Of a stretch of DNA of 64,000 bases, positions 42,001-53,959 are shown piece by piece. Within the stretch, counting starts at the first letter, position 1; the number at the start of each line of letters is the position of its first letter. Source of the DNA: Trichoplax sp. H2 (Eukaryota); contig NOWV01000016.1 in NCBI GenBank assembly GCA_003344405.1, positions 620,001 through 684,000 of the forward strand, written 5' to 3'. The position numbers were made by a program, and so were the translations under genes. The notes under the pieces were generated by a model. The model saw only the letters and a program-made list of their open reading frames with translations, did not search any database and had not been told where the DNA came from.

Positions 42001-45000
42001 TCCTCCTAGGCCTTGTAGGCTAGAATGGAAGTGAAAGTTGAGAAGAAAGAAAATCTTTCTGATCTCTATCATATTACTAGAGATAAGAATGATATCCTAC
42101 CTGTACAATATACCTTACTTATAACCGTAGGCTGGTTGCTCTTCTATTTTTTTTTTTCTTTTACAGTTGTAAGAATGGCCACCTTTAATGTAATACATAC
42201 TGTGTCGCTGTAGGTAAGGACTATTTAGAAAGAGAAGCTATGCTTTCAGTTTGACACTCTCAGCTGCTTTCAACCAGCTGTACAGGTGGATCCATGGAAC
42301 AAATACCAGTTGAAATTAGCTATTTTGCCGTCTGGTGTCCTCTATACGGAAGACGGGGTTGATAGAGGGGCAAATAGCTAACTTATTAGCAATTTTTGAC
42401 CCTCTAGATCAAAGATATTGCAAGGCATTGAAATGAAATGCACGTATAATCTGTTCTATCGGTTGAAGTAGAAAGATTATAAAGTTAGATGATATTTTAG
42501 TTTATTATATTGGACTGGATCATATATGAAGTTGCTTTAAAGATAGCCTATTTTCATATCTGTCTAGCTAGGGTATACCCTGTAGGTACGTACAATCTAT
42601 CATGAACTACTAGATGCACTTAGTCGTCCACAGTACTATATATACTCGTAGAATAGAAATCTTGTATACGCTCGTATATTACCAAGATACAAAACTTATT
42701 TAATAAGTTTTCGAATCTGCTGTAGACATAAACACGATGATCTTCAATCGACATTATATGATCAGGCAGGTGTCCTATCAAGACATGTAGAAGCCATGAT
42801 ATATAAAGAAAAAAATCAAAGCGATAACTATAAATTGAACTACTGGATAATATACTGTACTTCAACGTACGGAAGAAATAGTTTACTACCTGACTCAATT
42901 TGAAGCGACAGTCCTTTGTATTTGGAAAGGTCATTTTGTAATTAAAACTTATGCATTTAAATAAATGATTTTATTAATTTAACACCTAGTTCAATACAGA
43001 TTTAGATTCAGTGTTCAATAATTATAAAGTTATGAATACATTTGATCCATCTGACTACACAAGCATTATGGATGGGTGGGCAACAAATCAAATATAAAAT
43101 TGACTACCATGTCATCATTTTATCTAATCGAAAATAAGATACACTACACCACGAACAATCTAATTTGTAATCAATACCATTGATAACTTTCAATAATAAT
43201 TTAGGTTATACACTATCTAATTATATCGATCCAATTAACAAAAGTTACTGTATTTAGTACGTTTGTTATTTTTACATTTTTTTCCTATAAATGTTGATAT
43301 GACGTTGAGATCTTTATACTGATACTGGTTAAAAGTAAACTATTAAATCATTAAGAGTATCTAAAGGCTGACATCTATAGATCCTTTTCATTCTGTGCAA
43401 CAAATAACTGCACTACATGACTACCAGTAACTTTAATCAAGGATTAATGCTTATCATGGTCGATTAGTAATAAAGCAGCCAACTATGATTGAATACATTG
43501 TTGCACCTGCTTGAATTCATCAATTTCCTTGTATTCTTATTTGTCAGGAAATAAAAAAAAAGCAGTTTCCCGTTAGGCGCATAATCTGATTATGGTTAGG
43601 ATTTAGCAATCAAGATCGCTCATTTTAAATATAAAAAAATAGAAATCAAGTTAGGATAGTGAAGCTCAATTATCCTTGCTCATGCTTAATTTCACTTTAT
43701 CCAACTTGATGATATTAATTCATTCGTACTATTTGCTTATTTGCATCTGATACTCATCATTTACGTTAATTACTGTTGTTATGAGTATTATAATTGCTAC
43801 TATTATTTATCATTATTAACTTGAAAAGTGATCATTTCTTCATCGATGCTTACACAAATTTTTACGAATTACGTCAATAACAGTACATGATAATGAAAAT
43901 GGGTTTACTAAAGATATTGGCTTTCTTTTATCGTTGATCTTTGCCATTTTAATTGTTTGCTATATTTATGATCCCAATAGATCTATTCAGCTAATAATCT
44001 AATGATATATAAGCTATTAAATTTAATGTTTATATCGTCTATCGTTATCATTCCCTGCCTATATCATCATTAAACAATGAAATCGTTATGCATCTGTCGG
44101 GGCTGTTCTAACATCCAATTCTTCATCATTTATTAAATATTAAACATTAAATAACGTGATCATTCACTTTTTAAATATTAATTATACTAATCAAGTTTAT
44201 TCTACTATAATTCTCTTTCATTCTTGTTATTAAGCAATCCACTTTTCTTTATTTAACTGGCATAATGCATAATTTATGCGTATTTCTATCGATATCACTC
44301 ATTATTTATTGATCTTTTTGCAAGATTATCCGTTACATTAACTTTTTTCTGTCAACAATTATAGCAACAAACTGCTCTATTTATCTATAGCTAAAATAAT
44401 CGCCGTTAGTAATCTGATTATGCCGGAAGCCAAAGTATCGATTAGGATTATTAAATAAAATCTAATCATATAAAATACTGCAACTTAAGATCGTTGTATA
44501 TCCTTTTTTAATTTATAATAATACTATTTTTAATTTTAATTATTCAATTTTATATTTACTAAGAGTTTTGTTGATAATAATATAATCTAAATGGACATAA
44601 ACATGATGTTAAGGTAGGGTTCGTGGTAGTTTATCTTAAAACTTTAAGAAACATCTATACAGGACGATAATAGAGATGGAGTACAGTAGTACATCCATAT
44701 ACATGATAAATCATTTTCTGTTCAATTACTCCTTTTCAATACCTATTTTTAATCTAGATAGATCATTCGGTACCTATGGTAATAGACCAGAGTCGTAAAT
44801 ATAACTGGCTATAGTACATATATCTTTAAATTTATCACAATGTAATCATCAGAAAAATCAAACAATCATTACCAAACAGTTAAAATTTCGATATCGATGT
44901 TAACTAGATGTCCCAGTACAATGATTATTATGAAATCTTTGATGAACAAAATTATCAATAATAATTATATGATACTACATTATATATTTTTAAACTACAA

Positions 45001-45208
45001 ATAGCGGCTTTAGTCTATGACTTGGATTGCTTTACTCCTGTATTTCGCTTGCAGTCATATTGGATCTAATTAAAAGGAAATATGAACTAGTAAAGGATTG
45101 TCACGTTCTGTAATAGTTACATAATTAGTATGTTACCTTCTTTCTATATATGGTTAAATATCACGATGTTATCACGTCAGGCGTATATAGATGTAGTTAT
45201 GGTACTAT

Positions 45209-45228
45209 NNNNNNNNNNNNNNNNNNNN
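45209..45228. other. Assembly gap (20 N) with a duplicated 162-bp segment on either side
   Basis: 44937-45098 is repeated at 45229-45390, directly after the Ns. Confidence 0.95.
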
Positions 45229-48200
45229 CTTTGATGAACAAAATTATCAATAATAATTATATGATACTACATTATATATTTTTAAACTACAAATAGCGGC
45301 TTTAGTCTATGACTTGGATTGCTTTACTCCTGTATTTCGCTTGCAGTCATATTGGATCTAATTAAAAGGAAATATGAACTAGTAAAGGATAAAAGCGGTC
45401 TTAGTCATAACAATCGATAATAGTAATGTTTTTCAAGTTATAGGCTGTATTTGCTCTGAGAGTAGACTTTTATTCATCGTTGATACAGAAATAAAAAACG
45501 CTACATTTTCTTTGTAATCTTTTAATATATTAAAAGAATTATAGTGCTTTTTATGTGTAGCATGAAATCACCTACATTCTATTTAAAGACACTTATTATC
45601 GATCTAAGGGAACAAACTACAAAAATGTTAAGATAGTGGTAGGATTAAAGATAACAAGTTGAAGTATCACTATTTCGTCTGTTTGATATAACTATTGTTA
45701 TAACCTGCAAAACTGTTTAGCTAATGATTTCGTGCTACAGTACCTTAATTTTAATAGTCTAGTGTAGTTTACTGTCAGAAAATTATACTTGTATTGATTA
45801 CACAACATGTATCGATATTATTAGCAAAATCTTTAGTACGCTATTATTCTAGTAACCTCATCTTAGTAGATAATACTTACAAACTTTAATATTTCATCAG
45901 AATTATTCATTATTAATTTTGACTTGATCACTCTTAATTACTTTAACCGATTTATGATAAGATTTATTAGCAGCACTGTATGAAACTGTATTTTGACAAT
46001 TTGGTCGGAGTTGTTGCATTATATATTTTGGTTTATTATTTTCAAGGCATAAAAATTAAAAGTTGAAAGCAGTGCGTGTAAAATTTCAACGTATTTTTAG
46101 TCCCGCTTATGCGATTTGATACTACGCTGATACGGTCATTTTCTATATCATTTATCCCTCCCAACTTACGTCGATAATCATAACAGATGGCTACATCATC
46201 GTCAGAATAGCGCCGACATTTAAATAATTGATCAGGTACATAAAGGTAATAATAATGATCTTGGATGCAATCATGCGAATTATTACCGAAGTCTTTTATT
46301 TCCGATAAAACTATAATAATTTCGTAGCATTCAAAAGAAAATTATTAAACTTCTATCATTGAATTTTTTTACTATATTATCTATTCTGTCTCCTAATATC
46401 TATGAAATATTATCTAAAGAGTATATAATAAACGCATCCATAACATCTCATACTACAGTATTAAACAATAAGTATCAATGATAATAACTGTCATTAGTAA
46501 AACGATATAAAATATTCCTAGAATATATTCCTATCATGCTGGTTTAATATATCGTCTGTTGACATATTTTCTGTTAAAACGATGATACAAGAATCCTTCA
46601 TTGACATGATCTTGGTGTCAATTATTATAGTCGTAAGGTAAAACTAAAAGCTGGATATCCTTGAATGTCGTTATTATTTATTTCCTGGTTTCTGGGCCCT
46701 AAATCTTCAATCCTTAATAAATATTTTAATATTATCGGAAGATAAAGTATAATTAAAAGGGTAACATCAGCGCTAGCAAGTCAAATCAATTTTCTACTGG
46801 CGCTATTGTAGATTGATTGACAATAGATACCGTAGAGAGAACAACTTAATTAAAATTTATAGTATTCAATCTGATTGTTTTATTATTTACTTTTATACAT
46901 CATGATCGTCATTAATGCAGCAACTATTCATACTTTAACAGCTGCAGTACTTTATTTAATCTACGCATAAGCAGCGGTTAAATTAATTTTAGTCTTTAGC
47001 TGTATTATATTAGATTACTACTTTACTTCGAGTGAACTTACATTGAGAAATCTATCTAAACATAGTTAATTAAACTAATTCAGTACAATTATTTTAAACT
47101 AATCTCTCTCTTATAACCCATTATTTAATTGAATTCATTATTAATCAACTGGACTGATATAGAAGGATTACCGTTAAAAGAATGCTTAGAGATTAAACAA
47201 GATTTGGTATTAAAGATCGGGTTTATTGATAATTAAATCCTTCCTTTAATCTTAATAATCAACATTAAGTTGAAGGCTACTTTTTAGGCTTTTATTCATT
47301 ATTGTCTAAATTATAATAAAATAGTAAATGTAGGGTAAGCATAGAGCGAACGGGCTACAGTATTTACCCTCAATTTTAATGCTTTATTGCGTTGGAAATG
47401 ATCAATTAGATCATAACTGATGTAACCTTTACTCGTAATTTAATAAATAAAATGATATTATTTAATTAAAACTGTGTAAATACGCAACTAGCAGTTGAGT
47501 TAATAATTTGATTCATCATTACTCCCTCACTCGCAAAATTAAACAGAGATAATTGAGTTAAAAGTGGGAATGTACATTGTAATATTATTTTACACGCTGC
47601 CTTGTATCAACTTCTTTGCATTATATACTATGTATTATTATATTGAACGTATAAGTATCGATATAAGTCAGCTTTTCTCTCTTAATAGACCTAAGACTTT
47701 GATTATTGTCACAATAATAAAGGGATCAAAGTTGTCTAGACCCCGTGGTTGGGTACTTTTAAAACTACAGCTGGAAAGTATTAATATTTGAATTCATACC
47801 AGAGTTATATAGGGATGGTAGTTAAAAAAACTTCACTATTATATAAATCATGACATAATCATCCCGACAGAATACCTAAAAGTTGCTATGATAAACTTCA
47901 AGTTAAAGCATGAATAAATCACTAGAAGGTATCTTCACGAGCAAATTTATTCGCATTTAAAAAGTACATTAAAAATTATTATGATTTCAAACAAATGTGA
48001 ATAACCAAATGACCCGTGTTGATGTAGTTATTATGAAGATAAGTTAGATTTCGATCGATCTCAAAAATCAACGTTTAAGATTTATCTGTTATAGACTATA
48101 CGAGTATATGAATACAGCTTTATATAGATAGTCGACTTATTGCAAAATATCAACGACGGATTATCTAAACGAATGAGATTAAATACATTATGTACGAGCG

Positions 48201-48599
48201 CTAAAGCCAACTTTAACGGAATGGATATTGTCAATGGAAGAAGCTGAATATTTTAACTACAGTATAGAATAAAGCGTATACCTAAATAATAGGTAAACGA
48301 TCAAAAACTTCAACCAACTGGAGCCAGTATTTTGAATATATACTGTTACTGAAAGTAGCAGCGGCAGTAGTATAGCTCATAAAGCCGACGTTAAAAGCGC
48401 TACACAATAAAGTCATCACATTGGAAGGATACTACCTTAAATTTTTATGAGACATTCTATACTGTACAGTGTAAGTAGAGGTTCTCTATATTAGACCTCT
48501 ACCGTACACTAGTATATATATTTTATTATTATACACAAAGTTACTTTGATTTGACAATTTCTTATAATTTACAGAACTTGTTAACAACGAAAATCGGTC

Positions 48600-51500
48600 T
48601 TAATTAACATAAAATTGGATTATCTTTGGTGCAATATTGAAGAAAATTGAAGAATTTGCTCTTCATTAGTGTCTAAGTTTCGCAATAATTGGTTATAATT
48701 TTCTTGTCGTGATTTCAAGTGAGCACCAATGATAGAATTCTTAAAAGACAATCTATAAGTAGAAATTGCGAACAAAACTCAGAAAGTCATTTTTTATTAT
48801 TTAACTTTTCCTATTACTTAAGAATTCCTCTTTCGTAATAAATGGGTTCAGATCTTACATCCATATATGTAATACCGTCACCTGTAGGTAATTGAATTAC
48901 TATGTCATTTAGTTGTCTATTAGATTTCTTATACTCACATTGTTATAAGAATAACGGCTAGTAACTTCCATTGTTTATGATTTAATGAAATGTTATCCCT
49001 TGATAGCCTAAAAAAATGATTCAATAAAACGTAGCTTTTAAGATTTTACAGTACGAGATCAATAATCTTCAGTAATACGATTGCTATTTAAAATATTGCA
49101 TTGAAAATATATTTCGTCGGCGTTGTCATGATTATAAGAAGTTTTAACTTTATGCTGTAAGCGAGTTTAGGGTTATTCTAACTTGAAATATGCTAATCTC
49201 GAGATTTACAATAAATAAATATTTCACGGCAATAATTCTATTACAATTAAGGCCTATTGTAGAAAATATACGTTTGTTTATTAAATGACGAGATGCAGCG
49301 TCCCCTAAACACTAACAATATAAAACGCGATAGTAGACTTTATTTTAAAGCATACCACGTACCTGAAAGTACGAATCAGATCAGTCATATCTTGTCGAAT
49401 ATCACAATAGATGAGATTAAGGGAAGATAGCGGTTCCCGTAACCTATCATGAAAATTAATGATGCGTTATAGTCAACGAACAGCCGTCAATATCGATGAT
49501 GCATGTGTCATAGTCGTATTTAATTGAAACTGAATGAGCATGAATTACTACATACACATGCTTTCTCTACTCATTTGCTCTAACGGCATTATCTTGCAAA
49601 TAAATGCAATTGTCAAATAAATTGTGGAAAAATAGCTTTTTAAAGTACTTGATAACTAAAATAGAAACGACGTTTTGCGATACACCTAACTACAATAAAT
49701 AGCTCTGCAGTGCTCTAAATATATTATCGTTATCCTGTATTACAAATTGTCAATGCTAATGCTGCTAATAATTATATACTAAGGTCACATGAAATATAGG
49801 GAGATTTTACAAAACTATAGGAAAAGAATAACACTAGTAAAAGTTTAAATAGTACTGTACTCATATAATATAATAACAAGCGCAGGAACTATACACAATT
49901 TTAAGTCTCTTTTGTAAGCTATCTAAGATCGCCTGTCTAATGTCATGAGAATCCAATTCTAATGACAATATGAAGCATCTAAATAGATTTATTGAATCTA
50001 TTACATACCCTTTTTTTATACGATCTAATATAATATTCCGACGTAAAGATGCCTGATAGTTACTTGAATGCAGAGGTAGATAGACGTCAGTTTCCTGTAA
50101 AAGTTTTAAAATTAAACTTTAATTTCATAAATTATTTCATAAGATTAACACATCAGCTATACCTGTCTTTCCGGTTCAGCCAGGTTCTCTTTGGAGATAG
50201 ATCTGTCATGACTCCCATTCTTCGATAATTCAGGTCTACAATCTCGCGTATCATCTATTTTCCAAGAATCCTTTGCTATATGTACAGTGGTTTCAGTTTT
50301 AGAATCACAATTAGGATTATTTAAATCTGCGGGCATTAAGAAATTTTTTGTTTCAGTCGTGCTCCATTCCTGTAAAACATGTATTATTTTTGCATACGGA
50401 TCAGTTTTTTGTGGAACAACAACAGTAGGTTGCATAACTGGGAGAGTGCGACATGGGTCAAAGGTATTTTTTAATTTACTATTAGAATGAAAAGATTGAT
50501 ATTGATGATTGAATGCATGATCGACATCAACACTGGGAATATCGTCTGCGAATAAATCTTCTTTCAATTTAGTTTCTTTGATGTTAACAATCGGACTGAT
50601 ATTCTTCGACGACGAATAAGGTGACGGTGAATCATGATGCATTAACAGAGTTGCATCTAATTCGCGTTTATTGTCGGTCTGTGTTAGCTTTATTTTAGAT
50701 CTTTCAAAGTCTTCCTTTATGGAGGTTGATTCCTTTATTTTATTATTGGATTGGCGTGATAATTTATATGAATTATGACTACCCAAATCGGGTTTAGCTT
50801 CATCGTTTATTTTAAGAAGGTCGACATTGTTGGTAATCAATGTTATTTCATGATCATCTGCTGGTAGTTTGGCACTGTAAATTAAATCATATCAACCTTG
50901 AATGACGCATGGTTTTGATAGATTGTGACAATGTATCTTAGATTTATCAAATTTACACAGTTGCAATTACAATAGGTTACCTTGATTGTTCGTCAGAAGA
51001 TAAATGCTGCAGCAAAACTATCTTGTTCTTACTAAGAGATCAAATAATAAAATACAGCAATATCATATACTGTAATAATAATAACTGTAAAGTACCATTT
51101 ACAGATTTGCTAATATAAATGATAAATGGCAGTAAATCTGCATTTTCAGTCTCATCAGCAGATAAACGGTGAAATTATTAATTATACGGTTTCAAATAAT
51201 TTCGAGTTAATGGTCAGCCTGTGTAGAATGAAACTAATACAGTGGATATTGATGCACGATAGCAACTTTTCATGTAATACGTACAAGCAGGTGGGCATAA
51301 TCATTAAAGCTAGCCCTTGTTGTAATACTTACATTTCGTGGCGCCCCCATAATGGCTCTGTCGATAACTGTTTAGCAAAGAAATTGGAAGCTTTGCAGCA
51401 GAAATTGCTACAAAACCTCTAGATTTACACAGAAAGAAAAAATGTGTTTAAAATCTGCTACTTTAATCAACGTAGTTATATTAAGTTGTTTTCAACTTAA

Positions 51501-52809
51501 ATTAATAATAATTTTGTTAAGTGATTGATTCTAATTCTTAAATTAGTAGACTGAAAATAATTTACCCTTTTCTTTTCCATGTCGTATACCTTATTGCGAG
51601 CAGTATCAATGTGATATTTTTGACGAGTAACCTTATGACAAGCATCAAATTAATAATGACAAAATATTTTCGATTTAAACTATACGTAGATAAGCTGTAA
51701 AATTTTTTGCTACACGGCAAGTTATAATCATAAGGTAATTACATTTTGTAACTGATTTTCACAAATTGGATAACCACATTTTCGGATTATAAAACGTTCT
51801 TCGATTGCATCATCATAGTAGCTTGGATCAATAAATTTCGCCTAGAGTAAATGATCATTGATGTAGGTAGTATTATTTATATTCCGATGAACGATAACGG
51901 GTAGACAGTAGTACTTGATTTCACAGAATTGTGTTATTACAACCTTGTCAGTCGCAAGTTCTAATTATGAATTTAGAAGTAGATCAATAAATTGAAATAT
52001 CTTACACAGTTGAGTAAGAATTCTTGGCTGACAGTATCTAATAACTGCTCAACAATATTCATTGCTTTTCTCTGGTGATGTCCTGAGGGATGACCAATCT
52101 TAATTTCCCTTGGTTTAAGAAATCATTTGAAAGATCAATTAGCAATTATGAAGTCTATCAATGGTCATTTTTTGTTGTTGTATAGTACTACTTGTGTTAG
52201 AATTTTTGAAATGGATTGATGCTCTCGATAGGCATACCCATATTAGTAGATACAACCAGACTAAGTTGATTACACTATCTCATTTAACTCCATTCTAGGC
52301 TAAATTGGATGGAATGAATGCTATACTATGGACTAGTAGATTACCTCGACGTTGTCTATGATGGCAAAACTGTCGCAAGGAATGGTGCAACAGCAGCCCT
52401 CTACAGCACAGTACTATCATTCTGGAACTAGGGTATCAATTGGTGTGAGAAGTTATTACATCACTAGAGTATGATTCCATTCTCCAAGAATATTCTTCTA
52501 CTTAGTTAGAATGTACTTAATTTTGAATCTACTAAATATGCAATAAAATATTGAATCTTATAGCCAACCAACTCGACAAGTTGTGAAGCAATCTTGTGCA
52601 GTGAGAATGAATGAATTGGGAAATTGGCTCAGTTTGCATACCTCGTTTTACCTTGAGATTCATCTTTATTAGGCGATTTATCGAGTTCTATACCTAAATC
52701 ATAGATAACAATAATATGAGTTCTACTATTCTAAGGTTACTTTCTGAATTACCTATAAAGAAAATCCATGCTAACCATGGATTTGCTGAGGATTCCCAAG
52801 GTCGTCCAT
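48600..52809 (-). CDS. RPAP2: RNA polymerase II-associated protein 2 (Rtr1/RPAP2 CTD phosphatase), about 13 exons
   Basis: RKAMNIVEQLL, AKFIDPSYYDDAIEERFIIRKCGYPIC, QKYHIDTARNKVYD and FCSNFCCKASNFFAKQLSTEPLW (RTR1-type zinc finger). C-terminal LRRNIILDRIKK, DLIRTFRLSRDNI..KQWKLLAVILI. The start MDDLGNPQ (52809) is inferred from phase fit and is less certain. Confidence 0.9.
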
Positions 52810-52854
52810 GTTGGTTGAGCTAGCCAAGGCAATGACAAAGCAATCGCTACAGTC

Positions 52855-53006
52855 TTCAGTACTGTAGCGATTGCACCCTCTCATTGTAACCTTCACGTAC
52901 AGTACAGTACAGTACTGTACTGTACGATACGCTACGGTGCGATACGGTACGGTATGGTGCGGTACGGTACGGTGCGATACGGTACGGTGCGATACGGTAC
53001 GGTACC
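52855..53006. repeat. (CAGTA)n / (CGGTA, CGATACGGTA)n microsatellite in the RPAP2-RABGGTB divergent region
   Basis: GTACAGTACAGTACAGTACTG...GGTACGGTACGGTGCGATACGGTACGG repeated. Confidence 0.88.
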
Positions 53007-53959
53007 CGTGGTGAGTGACACCCCACCAACTTGGCAGATCCCCAACTAACGCTATCACTCTGGTTGCCATTTCACCAAGCTTTTCGATGCAGAATGCAAA
53101 TGGCCAAGTAACATTAATGGAGGAAAGTACAGTCCTATCATAGAAAATAAACTCAATCTTCAGTCTAATTGGGTAGACCGACAAATCGACTAACCTGTAG
53201 ATCAAATAGTACCGCTGTTTTCTTGAAGATACAAGACAAAAAATTACTTTTTGCTGACGTCCATCCATCATTCATTTGGACTGCGTGCAAAGTCATTCAA
53301 AGAAAGGAAAGACCCATTTTATTAGGTATATATTTGAGTAACGTCTACTTATTTTGAGAGTATTCTTCTAGTAGAAGTGACAATATGATGTATTATTGCC
53401 ATTGATGAGCTTGTGAAAATGTCGTCATACTATTTTGCAATAATCATCGCTTATGGTCGTGTCATAAAGTCCATCATTTCAGTCATGATACGCATAGGCA
53501 TCAGCATGGACTACTACTGTAGCGAAGTAGTTCAAGGCATCAGGGTTACCGGTGCATGACTCTAATTTTGTTATGCAGATAGAGGTAAAAAAAGACATTT
53601 TACCTCTATCATTTTACAATAATAACCTCAGCTTTTGATCATGTTATATAGAGTTGATGATTTTCTCTATACCAATGTTTTCCCACCCTAACCTATTTTG
53701 TTAGAATCGTTGCTTATAGTCATGTCATGAAGTGAGCCATTTTATCTACAATAATATGTCAAATGCTAATACTGAACTGAATTTATGATAATCCTTACTG
53801 AAGGGTCATGTTGATAAAGCTGATCATTTATCTGTAATGCTGGTCATAATATATAGGTGCTTCAATTTTTGGATCTCAAGGAATAGAAAGAAACCTGGTA
53901 TCGTGCCTGCATATTTGGCTTTAAATTACTATAAGAAGCACCCTACTGAATCCATTGTT

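Noticed and set aside
44937-45390. 162-bp direct repeat as a biological duplication
   Set aside because: The second copy starts exactly at the N gap, so it is most likely an unmerged contig or haplotype overlap.
52771-53271. 166-aa ORF, and similar ORFs at 48-365, 19443-20118, 20708-21007 and 29102-29392
   Set aside because: These are translations of pentamer or dinucleotide repeats (TVQY/YRTV runs). Only 52776-52809 fits the RPAP2 model.
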